Shown here piece by piece: positions 41,841 to 50,716 of a stretch of 50,716 bases of DNA. The DNA comes from Prasinococcaceae sp. CCMP 1430 (Eukaryota > Plantae > Prasinodermophyta). Position 1 is the stretch's first letter; each line of letters begins with the position of its first letter. The stretch is taken from contig RQSC01000028.1 of NCBI GenBank assembly GCA_013416795.1, positions 887,885 to 938,600 of the forward strand, written 5' to 3'. The translations under genes and the position numbers were made by a program. The notes under the pieces are model-generated. The model was not told where the DNA came from, made no database searches, and saw only the letters and a program-made list of their open reading frames with translations.

Positions 41841-43586
41841 TCAGACCGACTCCTCGCCGTTGTCCTCCTCCCCGTTGTCCTCCCCGCCGTCCTCTTCGTC
41901 CTCGTCTGCCCTGCCATCCCCTATGCGCGTCCAGCAAGCCGCGAGGACCGTAATGGCCACCACCGTGAGGCCAAGCGTCACCGTAAACGCGCCGCGCGGC
42001 CCGCTGTGGAAGTACGCCGGCCCGAATGCCGCCGCGCCCACGATGCGCGCGATGTTGTTCGTGGCGACCAGCGCGGCGAGCGCGGTGCCCTTGCTGCCCG
42101 CGCCGCAGCTGCGCGTGGCAGTGGTCGTCACAAGCGTGGAGCTCGCCGCGAAGCCCATCGCGAACACCAACATCGCCACTGCGAACTGGCCCACTGGCAG
42201 GCGCGGCTGGTGGGCGCACCAGCCGCCCACACACTGCGCCGAGGGCCGGTCCCTGCCCCACGGCAGCACCATCGCCTGCCCCACCGCCATGATCACTGCC
42301 GCGCCCGCGAGCGCCGCCTTGGCGCCCACCGCGTTGGCGGCGCGCGCCGCCACGAAGAACGTCGGCACGCTGACCACGGCAAAGACGGTGAGCAGCGCGC
42401 CGAAGGCTGTTGCCGCGCGGTGCTGGTCCCAGCCGTTCTCATCCATGAGCAGCGGCACGCTCACCGTTTCAATGAGACACAGCACGCATTGCGCGACGGC
42501 GCCCACCGCCATGCACGCAATCACGCCTACAGGCAGCGCCTGCGGCGCCGCGGGCCGCACGCGCGAGCGAATCGCGTCCACATCCGCGTCCGCATCCGTG
42601 TCCGCGCTCAGCAGCGGCGTGCTCGCCTCGTCGCCGGCTGCCCCGCCGCTCACGTGCATGACAAGCGCCATGGCGGCCTGCCCGACCGAGCCCGCCAGCA
42701 CCATCCACCCCGGCAGGGTGGCGAAGTCGACGAAGAGCGCGCCAAAGATGGTGTACGACCTGCGGTGCAGCGCGCCCGCGCACGCCGCGGCGAGCGCGGG
42801 CCCGAGCACGAGGCCCACCGCCTGGGAGGCGTCAAGCGTCGCGAGGCCTGCGGGGAGCGCGCGCGCACCCGCAGGCACGCTATCTGTGACCCACACGCGT
42901 CCGGCAGTGACCGTCAAGCCCATGCCGATACCCGACGCGAAGCGCGCGGCCACTAGTAGCACCTCGACCGCGCGCCCGCGGGCGCACAGCGGCGCGAGCG
43001 CCCACGCAGCTCCGCCCGCGCCTAGCGGCAGCGTCGCGCAGAGCAACGCGCGCGTCGCCGAGCCGGGCCGGCCGTCGAGGACGCGCCGGCAGACGAAGAG
43101 GGCCGCGAAGAGCGCACCTGCAGGATGCGCGCCGACGACGAGGCCGAGCGCCCCCCGGCTGCCACCCAGCTCGTGCAGCAGCGGCCACGTGGCGGGCATC
43201 TGCACGCCGAACGAGAGCGTTGCCACCACGAATTGCGCGGCGACGAGCCGCAGCTCGCGCGCGGGCACGCGCGCGGCGGTGGTAAGCTGCACGGGCGAGC
43301 GCGGGCGATGGGTTGGGGTTCGGGGGGGTTGCGTCACGCAGGTCAGCACGCGCTCGAGGCGGTGCATACGCGCGCCGCGCAGCAGCGCATGGCGCAGCAC
43401 CGTCGCGCACAGGCGCCGCGCGGCGGGCCGGAAGGCGACGCGGTTCGCCGCCATGCGTGCGCCTCCGAAGGACGGAGATGGCGCGGGTCCCTCGCGCGCA
43501 AGCGACGGCAGGGGAACAAGGGTGCGCGTCCCAGGCGTGGGCGAGGCGCATGAGAGCGCCACTACACCTGCCTCCGCACCCCCCAT
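41841..43586 (-). CDS. Major facilitator superfamily transporter (MFSD8/SPX-MFS-like); 5' exon structure uncertain
   Basis: About 12 hydrophobic segments; ARFASGIG (MFS motif B) and NNIARIVG. A CTGAC near 43345 and an acceptor near 43288 suggest a 5' intron. Confidence 0.82.
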   Translation of the reverse strand: MGGAEAGVVALSCASPTPGTRTLVPLPSLAREGPAPSPSFGGARMAANRVAFRPAARRLCATVLRHALLRGARMHRLERVLTCVTQPPRTPTHRPRSPVQLTTAARVPARELRLVAAQFVVATLSFGVQMPATWPLLHELGGSRGALGLVVGAHPAGALFAALFVCRRVLDGRPGSATRALLCATLPLGAGGAAWALAPLCARGRAVEVLLVAARFASGIGMGLTVTAGRVWVTDSVPAGARALPAGLATLDASQAVGLVLGPALAAACAGALHRRSYTIFGALFVDFATLPGWMVLAGSVGQAAMALVMHVSGGAAGDEASTPLLSADTDADADVDAIRSRVRPAAPQALPVGVIACMAVGAVAQCVLCLIETVSVPLLMDENGWDQHRAATAFGALLTVFAVVSVPTFFVAARAANAVGAKAALAGAAVIMAVGQAMVLPWGRDRPSAQCVGGWCAHQPRLPVGQFAVAMLVFAMGFAASSTLVTTTATRSCGAGSKGTALAALVATNNIARIVGAAAFGPAYFHSGPRGAFTVTLGLTVVAITVLAACWTRIGDGRADEDEEDGGEDNGEEDNGEESV

Positions 43587-44672
43587 CCCCTCACCCCCTC
43601 ACCCCACCCCTTCACAAAAATGCCTCGCGGCACCGCGCTCGAGCGCAGCTACGCCACGGGGGACGGCGGGCCCGTGCCCTCGCGAGAGGGCGGCGGCGCG
43701 GGCGGCTGTAGCTCGCGGCGAAAGAAGGGGGCGAGGGGAGTCCATCCGTCGCCAGCGGCGCCTGCGGCGGCGCCAGCGGCGGCTCGCCCCCACACCCACC
43801 CGCGCCGGCCGTGCCGTCCGTCATTTTTCTTTTGTTTGCTTGGCGGCGGCGCCCAAAACCCTCGCACAGCCCACCCGCGCCTGCTGCGCGGGCGCGCGGC
43901 GCGCGCGGACGCGCCTGCTGCGCGGGCGCGCGGCGCGCGCGCGCGCGGCGCTCGCCCACAGCTTCACACCCCTCCCCCACCCCTTCCACTCTCCCTCCGC
44001 GCCGCGAGCGCACCTGCATCGCCGCCATGGCCGGCATTCCCTCTCTCGCGGCGCGCGCGCACAGTGGCGCGCGCGGGCGCGAGCGCGCGCACCCCACCGG
44101 CCCCGCCGCGCATGCGTTTCGGCCTACGCGTCCGACACCCCGGCATCGCCCAGCCACACCCTAGTAATCCGAGCGTGAACGCCCATTCCCCACTGTTCAC
44201 TCCGACGATCCCGGGGCATCGACGCCCGCTTGCCCCGGTGCGCCCCCTGGCGGCGCGGGCCCGCTCGGTGAGCGCCACGTCGCGGCGCGCGGCCACCACC
44301 GCGTTTTTTTGTTTTTTTTTTTGGAGAGGCGGCTCTCCTCCGGACGAACTCCTTCGTCTCTTCTGCCCCTTTTTTTTTTTTTTTAGTCTACGTTTTGCCT
44401 CCCTTCCGTTCCTCCGCGGCGACGCGGCGCGACGCCATTTTTGGAAACCCTCATTCGCCGCATGTCGGTACAGTACCCCAAATGTGAAGAGCAAAACCTC
44501 ATCCTGGCCGGCCGGCCGGCGCGCAGCCGGCCGGCCGCGGGCGGGGCACAGCGTACTAAAACACCGACCAACGCTCGCGCCTCGCAGCCTCGGCCTGGTC
44601 GGGCCGGTGTTGGGTGTCGCGGGTGAGGCCAAGGCCCGACCGACGCAGGCAGGGCCGGCGCGCCGAGCAGTG

Positions 44673-45058
44673 ATGACGGTCTCGCGAGTGCAAACTGGGA
44701 ACGCGAGAGCGGAGCGTGCATACGCGCTCATGGGCAAGGCCGTCGCGGATTCGAATGCGCCCGCGCAGGAGAGGGCGCTCGCGGCGCTCGTGGCGCTGCT
44801 CGGCGCGGGCGGTGCCGACGCCGCAGCGCAGCTCGCGGACTGCGCGCCAACACTCGTCGCCAAGGCCTTCGGCGGGCGGCCCAAGTCGTCGGCGCTCGCG
44901 GTTGAGGCGTGCGTGCTCATGGCCGGCGGCGGCCAGGTGGAGGGCGTGCTCGCGGCTCTAGAGAAGGGCTACAAGCACAAGGTTGGCAAGGTGGTGCTGG
45001 CGGCCGTGGGCGCGGCGAGGCAGTGCGTCGCCGCGGCGGGCGCCGCCGCGCTGCCGGA
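44673..45058 (+). other. 5' fragment of a TOG-domain microtubule polymerase (MOR1/XMAP215 TOG1); rest of the gene absent
   Basis: KAVADSNAPAQERALAAL...LVAKAFGGRPK...LEKGYKHKVGKVVLAAV matches the TOG1 pattern; similarity ends abruptly at about 45058. Confidence 0.75.
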
Positions 45059-45064
45059 GAGCAC

Positions 45065-45190
45065 CTCGACCTTGCCCGTGTTGCCGTCCTTGTCGACGGT
45101 CTTCTTGTTGCCCGCGCCGAGCGCCTCGACGAAGCCCAGCTCCGGCGGGGTGTACTTGATCACAGCGGCCTCCGCAGGCGGCGCCGCGCT
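45065..45190 (-). CDS. Isolated coding exon (…PPAEAAVIKYTPPELGFVEALGAGNKKTVDKDGNTGKVE) ending at a putative GTGCTC donor
   Basis: Strong GC3 codon bias; AxA-like site (AEA|AV); GT at 45064-45063. Confidence 0.5.
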
Positions 45191-45888
45191 GGCGGCGCAG
45201 CGGCGGCGCCATCGCGCGCACCCCCACGCCCACAGACGCCCGCACACCCACGCTACCGCCCGCCGCGGCCGCCGCGCCACGACGGCCGGCCACTCGGCGG
45301 CCAGACACACGTGTGGCACCGCAAGCACGCGCGCGCGTGCAACACCCGCCCCCCTCTCGCCCCCTCCCGCCCGGCCCTGTCCATCCCTTGACGTCGCTCG
45401 CCGCGCGCGCGGCGCATATTCCGCCTCGCCGACCAAATCCAAATTCCGACTCCTACACGTGGAGGCACATGCGGCGGAAGCAACAAATCCGTCATCTTGA
45501 ACGTCCGGCGGCGCCCAAAAAATCGAATGTACAGCAAATCCCGATCCAGTTTCGACTATGGCAGGATCAAAAGCTTGATGAAGCTGCAGCCAGGGAGAGC
45601 TCGAGAGCTCGAGAGCCGCGAAATATAAACCCTTTATCTTTTACCCCAAACAAGAAAAGGCACTCGGTCCAGGTGTTCCCCGTGCCCAAGGGGGGGGCGC
45701 TCGTTCGCTCCGGTGGCACTGCCGGGCGGGTTGCGGGGGGGAGGGGCGGCCGACTGGCGGTGGGTGTGCGGGCCGAAGGGGGACGCGCCACACGCGCACG
45801 GGCGAGCGGCGCCTTCGGCGGCGAGGGAAGGGGAGGGAGAGGGGGGGAAGGGTGGGTGGGTGAGTGCGTGGGCAGGTTCGAGCACGCA

Positions 45889-46358
45889 ATGCAGCCAGAG
45901 GTACGCATACGCAGCCGGCACCGCGCTGCCGCGGCGTCGGACGGCCCGCGCCCGCGCGGCGAGCGTCGCGCGCCTGCGTGCCGAACGCCTACACTCGGCG
46001 CTGGCGCCGCTCACGCCGAGCGGAGAGGCGCATGGCATGCCCGATCGCCTGCCATCCCCTGACCCTTGACTCCACGCCTGCGCTGTGCCCATGTGCGTCC
46101 CAACGCTACCACGCGGGACGGCGCGCGAAACTGCCGTCCCGCCTGCCGCTGCAGGGCGGCCCTCCCGCCATCCAGGAGGTGCTCCCGAAGGCTGGCCTTG
46201 TGTACTCAGAAAAGGGGAACCTAGGGGAGACGCTGTGCAAGCCCAAGCTCATGCCGCTCAAGAGCGTCACGCTCGCGCGCCTCGAGGAGATGGAGAAGAA
46301 GGCCGCCGAGGTGCTCGAGCAACAACAGCAGGAGGGCATGATGGGGCAGTACCAGTAG
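45889..46358 (+). CDS. BBIP1: BBSome-interacting protein BBIP1/BBIP10 (BBS18); exons 45889-45900 (MQPE) and 46155-46358
   Basis: EVLPKAG...LCKPKLMPLKSVTLARLEEM signature; phase-0 GTACGC...CAG intron. Confidence 0.9.
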
Positions 46359-46626
46359 GGCGGAGCGCGCGCAGGCTCGGCCGGTAGGCCTAAGGTCCAA
46401 GCGGCGCCCCCGCTCATGCATGAATGAATTAATGTACACACAATTTATTATACGTACAACACCCTCTCCCCGCTGTCGTGCCCCATGATCACCATGCAGG
46501 AGCGCGGCGCGGGCATGCACAGCGTTGGCGCGCGCCACAGGCTCGTATCAGCCGACATGCTCGGATCGCGCGGAAGACTACGCATGCGCGCGCGCGCGCG
46601 ATCGCCCCAGCCTGCGGCTCTGCCAA

Positions 46627-48347
46627 TCACTGTGTGAACACGAGCCTGCGCGCTGTCGAGCCCGCGTCATCCTCCTCGGCCACGCTCCTGCGCGGCCTCG
46701 TCGCACCGCTCTCACAGACCAAGACGGGTCCCATGGCCTCAGCGGAGCTTTCCTCGTCGGCGTAGGCGTCCTGCGCGGCGCCCTCGCGCAACGTGCGCCC
46801 GTAGAGAGCCCTCGGGTCGGGCGTAAGCCCCGCATCCTCCTCCGCGCGCTGTCTGGCGAGCGTCGCGGCACCATAGCTTGGCGTGAACCCGAGCGTCCAG
46901 CCGACCGCCGCCACGCACACGCCTCCGCAGATTGCGAGCACCCCCTGAAGCCCCACGCCGTCCTGAAGCCTGGGAAAGATAGATGTGCCGAGCACCGCGC
47001 CTGCCTTGCCAGTCGCTGCGCTTATACCGTGGGCCGTCGCCCGTATCGACGTCGGGAACACTTCAGCGGGAATGACATAGGTGGTCATGCCAGGACCCAG
47101 CGCGTCGAAGCACACCTGCACGCCGTAGAGCACCAGCAGCAGCACCGGCATGCGCTGCAGCGGCTCCCAGAGCCCCACGAGGAGGAAGAACATGACTGCC
47201 ATACCGCAGAAGCCAAGGAGCTGGCAGCCACGTCGCCCAAGGCGCGACTCGACGAGCGCCACTCCGATCCAGTAGCCCGGGAGCGTGAGTAGCGCAATGT
47301 ACAGCACGCCCAACGCGCGCCCGCGGTCGTCGTCACGCAGGCCAAGCAGCGTGTCGAAATCGGCGGTGTACAGCCCGAGCCCGTAATCCACAGCGTCGTA
47401 AAGCAGCCACGACCCAGCGGTGCCCAGCAGCGGACGCCAGTGGAACAGCAGCGTCGCCCATCGTGACGAGCGCGAAACGTCACTCGCGTCAGCGGGTGGG
47501 CTGCTTGGGCCCAAGGGGATGGCCAGGTACTCGGAGCTGCTTTCGAACAGCCCCGTGCTCTCGTCGGCGCCATCCTGTCTCCTCCCGCCTCCGCTACGCC
47601 GTTTCCTTACCGCCTCGAAGGCCTCGGTCTCATGCATTATGCGCCACCTGAGGATCACGCCCACGGCGCTCAGCGCTCCTCCCAGGCCAAATGCCGTTCG
47701 CCAAACGCGCTCGCGGCTGAGTCCCGACGAGAGCAGCACCAGCACAGCAATCGGCGCCGCAACGCTGCCCATGCCCATGTTGGCGTACACGAGCGCGAGC
47801 GCGCGCCCGCTGTGCTGCCCGCTTGGGTACGCCTCGGCAGTGTGCGCTGCGCTCAGCGGATACTCGCCACCGATGCCGAAGCCAAGCAAGAAACGCCACA
47901 GCGATAGCGCCGTGTAGATGGAGAGCGACGACGAGTCTCGCGCGAGCGCCGCGCCCAGCGATGCGGTCGCTGTGATGGTCGCCGTAAGAATGAAGATGGT
48001 GCGTCGGCCCAGCGCGTCGGCCGCCACGCCGAAGCAGAGCTGGCCCGCCACTGAACCCAGCAGCGCGGCCGAAGTGAGCGCCGCTCGCTGCGCATCTGTC
48101 GCCGGGTAGTCGTCCTCGAGGAGCGCGCGACACAGGTTGACAACCTGGAAGTCATACAAGTCTAGACAGGTGGTGTGTCTTGCGTGTCAGCGTCGTCGCG
48201 CGACCGCGAGCTCGCGCGGCCGCGCGCGCGCGCACGCGCGCATTCTCGCGCGCGCTCGCGGGGGCGCAAGCACTCACCCGCGAACAGCCCGATGCCCGCG
48301 ACGGCGCTGCGTTGCCACGCGGGCACGCGGCGACCATCCCAGGCCAT
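46627..48347 (-). CDS. PHT1/PHO84-type H+/phosphate symporter (MFS); intron 48277-48162
   Basis: AGIGLFA-DLYD, ADALGRR, RFLLGFGIGGEYPLSA, SWLLYD, GPGMTTYVIPAEVFPTSIRATAHGISAATGK. Confidence 0.9.
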
Positions 48348-48638
48348 GGAGCGGGGCCGCACACGCCGTCGTGATTTGGAAGGGCAGGCAGAGAGCTGCC
48401 TGACCCAGCTCGTGAGCACCTGCGTATCCAAAGGGATCCGCATGGACTCGCGCCTGCAGTACAGGTGTGGCGCGAGGGCCCTCCACGTCCACGTGGTGCA
48501 GNCGGGGCGGAGGCGGAGGCGCTCCCCGTGGCGCGGCGGCGAGCTAACGCACTGCGGGTGCCGCCAAGGGCGGCTGTTGGGGGCGCCGGCGAGGGCGAGC
48601 GGGCGGCGCCGCCCTCTGCTGCGCCGCGCCTCGCTGGG

Positions 48639-49319
48639 ATGTCGCGCGCGGGGACTACTGGAGCGGAGGGCTCGCCCGCCCCGCCCCTGCCGCCCATCTC
48701 CGCGGAGCTTTTCACCCTCACATACGGCGCGCTCGTGCGGCAGCTCCTGGACGATCTCGGCGATGCGGGTGAGGTGAATGCAGCGCTCGAGCGCATGGGG
48801 CGCTCGATGGGCCTGCGGGCCGTGGACGAGTTCCTGGCGAAGACCGCGGCGCCCAGGTGTACGACATTCAAGCAGGCGGCAGAGGCGGTGGCGGGGCCCG
48901 CCTTCAAGATGTTTTTGGGCGTCCGCGCGACCGTGTGCGGCTGGAACAGTGACGCGACTCAGTGCTCGTTGGTGCTCGAGGACAACCCTCTGGCCGACCT
49001 CGTTGAGCTCCCCGAGGACTGCGCGGGACTGTCGTACTGCGAGGCGCTGTGCGGCGCGGTTGCTGGCGCGCTCGAGGCGGTCAACGTGCACGTGCGTTGC
49101 GAGTGGGCCCGCGATGCGCTTCGCGGGGACGACGCTTTCGAGATGAGGCTCACGCTCGTCCGCATAGGGGAGGAGGAGTTCCCCTACAGAGATGGTATGC
49201 ATGCGCGCGCGTGCTCGCGCGTTCGAGTGTCACAGCGCGTGCGTGTCTCGCGTTTCCACATCTGCGCGCCAGCTCTCGCTGACGGGCTGTCTCTGCTCGC
49301 AAACCGTCGTGCAGACTGA
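48639..49319 (+). CDS. BET3: TRAPP subunit BET3/TRAPPC3; probable intron 49195-49314 with a 5-nt terminal coding exon
   Basis: AELFTLTYGALVRQLL, MG..MG.R.VDEFLAK, FKMFLG, NPL.D.VELP, EEFPYRD. Confidence 0.95.
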   Translation: MSRAGTTGAEGSPAPPLPPISAELFTLTYGALVRQLLDDLGDAGEVNAALERMGRSMGLRAVDEFLAKTAAPRCTTFKQAAEAVAGPAFKMFLGVRATVCGWNSDATQCSLVLEDNPLADLVELPEDCAGLSYCEALCGAVAGALEAVNVHVRCEWARDALRGDDAFEMRLTLVRIGEEEFPYRDGMHARACSRVRVSQRVRVSRFHICAPALADGLSLLANRRAD

Positions 49320-49606
49320 GTGGGCACCGCGCACGCGTCAGGCGTCACTGGTACGCGACGCCGGGGCCGAACGGAGCGGCTTTCGCGCGCATGCGTGCGC
49401 TTGCGCGGCGCGCAGCGCGTTGCCGGTGCGGTGAAGTGCCGCGGCGCTGCTCGCGCCGCTCGGCCAGTGTTCACCTCCAACCGCTCTCGACATTACGAAT
49501 TTGTAAAGCTTGGCGTGCGCCCGCCGGCAGCCGCGCGCGCGAGCTTGCTCGCTCGCTCGCACGCGCCCGCGCTCACTCGCTCTGCGACATCGTCTCCTGC
49601 TGTGCC

Positions 49607-50330
49607 TCAGAAGCCCAGCTTCAGCCACTGAGGGCCCCCCTTTCCGCTCTTTGTCTTTCTGAACAGCTTGCCGACCGGATTGTTGAACTTGGCGATGAGT
49701 TGCTCGATGGCGTCGCGACCGAGCGGCTGCAGGTCCTCGTCGGCGAGCGCGGCGTCGAATTCCTCGAAGCCGTTCTCCATGGCGCCCTCGAGCGTCTCCA
49801 GGCCGCGCTTGGCATCGCCCATCTGCGCGTGGCAGCACGCGGCGTTGTAAAGCGCGCTCTGCACTTCACCATCGCTCGCGCAGCGGTACTCGCGCGGCGA
49901 CGACGCGAAGCGGGCCACGGCCGATCCCGGCAGCTCAAGTGCGGCCTCGAAGAGCGTCAGCGCGTTGGCGTAGTCGCCACGCTCGTACAGCTCGATGCCT
50001 GCCTCGATAGCGGCGCCCGTGGTGGTAGGACCCTCGCCGCCGGCGCCTCCCGCGGCTGCAGCGGCGCCAGCGGCGGTTGCGGCCTTTCTGGCGCGGCGCG
50101 CCTCCACCGGCGCCGTCGTGTCGCTTCCGAGCTCGAGGAATTCGCCCGAGCTGGACGCAGCGGGTGCCGCCGCCGCGCGGCCGCCTGGCATGGGGGGCTT
50201 GGGGGCAGCCTTGCCGCTGGGCATGGGGGGCTTGGGAGCAGCCGCGGCGCTGATGGCGGCGGGCGCCGCGGGCGCGCACGCACACGCGCGGGCCACCCGC
50301 CGCGCCAGCGCCGCGCCGCGCTGGCCCTGT
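49607..50330 (-). CDS. TPR protein with a MET1-like C-terminal domain and an Ala/Pro-rich N-terminal region; start unresolved
   Basis: GIELYERGDYANAL...ALYNAACCHAQMG...GFEEFDAALADEDLQPL; duplicated KPPMP unit. Confidence 0.78.
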
Positions 50331-50716
50331 GACCGAGGCGCGCGCGCACGCACGGCGGGAGGCCGTCCGGGGGGACGAGTTAGGGGTAGGGGGAACGAAT
50401 AGGGTTTAATGTGCAGGGAATACGCGGACTCGACCGCGCGCGCGCCCGCCGCCGGCGCCTTCCTTTTCCCCCAGAATTTTCGGTGTTTTGTGTGCGAAAC
50501 GAAAACGCCGAGTTTCTCTGCGCCGCCCTCGGCGGCGGAGGAGGTGCTGTACGCTCGCGCGAGCGCGGGCGCGCTCAGGCGGGCGGGGCGCTGGGGGCGC
50601 GCACGGGACAAGCGGGCGCGGGGGACGTGCCACAAGGGCGCGCGGCGGCGCTGGCGAAAGGTCACGGGCGAGCGGGCGCGGCGGGGCCATCGGGCGGGCG
50701 CGGGGCTCGGAGCGCC

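Noticed and set aside
3957-49314. Introns as possible Introner-like mobile elements
   Set aside because: The introns compared by eye share only splice and branch signals; no family-level similarity or terminal repeats.
50406-50716. Presequence-like stretch (ARAYSTSSAAEGG) at the window end
   Set aside because: The ATG at 50690 is in another frame and the window ends, so it cannot be assigned to the TPR gene or a separate gene.

Overview
Eukaryotic nuclear DNA with very high GC (roughly 70% by eye), densely packed with genes. Most are intronless or have 1-2 short GT-AG introns of about 115-355 nt, typically with a CTGAC branch site. Plastid-type proteins (MET1, a delta-9-type desaturase), a CCT protein, DDM1 and a DUF3700 protein occur together with the flagellar genes IFT70 and BBIP1, which points to a green alga, probably prasinophyte-grade (inference). 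About 20 genes can be identified, including MUS81, a choline/ethanolamine kinase, Brr2, SRP54, a GT32 glycosyltransferase, MFS and PHT1 transporters and BET3. There are three sized N-gaps and five single Ns that probably hide unsized gaps. The main observation is a split SRP54 gene. A 17-codon exon 1 (21795-21845) joins in frame, with no alignment gap, to the rest of the gene at 37311, 15,465 nt downstream. Five other genes lie between, including the same-strand 7-kb Brr2. Other apparent half-genes are present: a TOG/MOR1 5' fragment colliding head-on with an opposite-strand 5' exon at about 45060, and orphan terminal exons at 5493-5555 and 6873-7289. Possible explanations are a giant gene-hosting intron, trans-splicing of fragmented genes, or misassembly; sequence alone cannot separate these. 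No rRNA, tRNA, CRISPR array or recognisable transposon was found. All homology calls come from motif recognition, not database searches.
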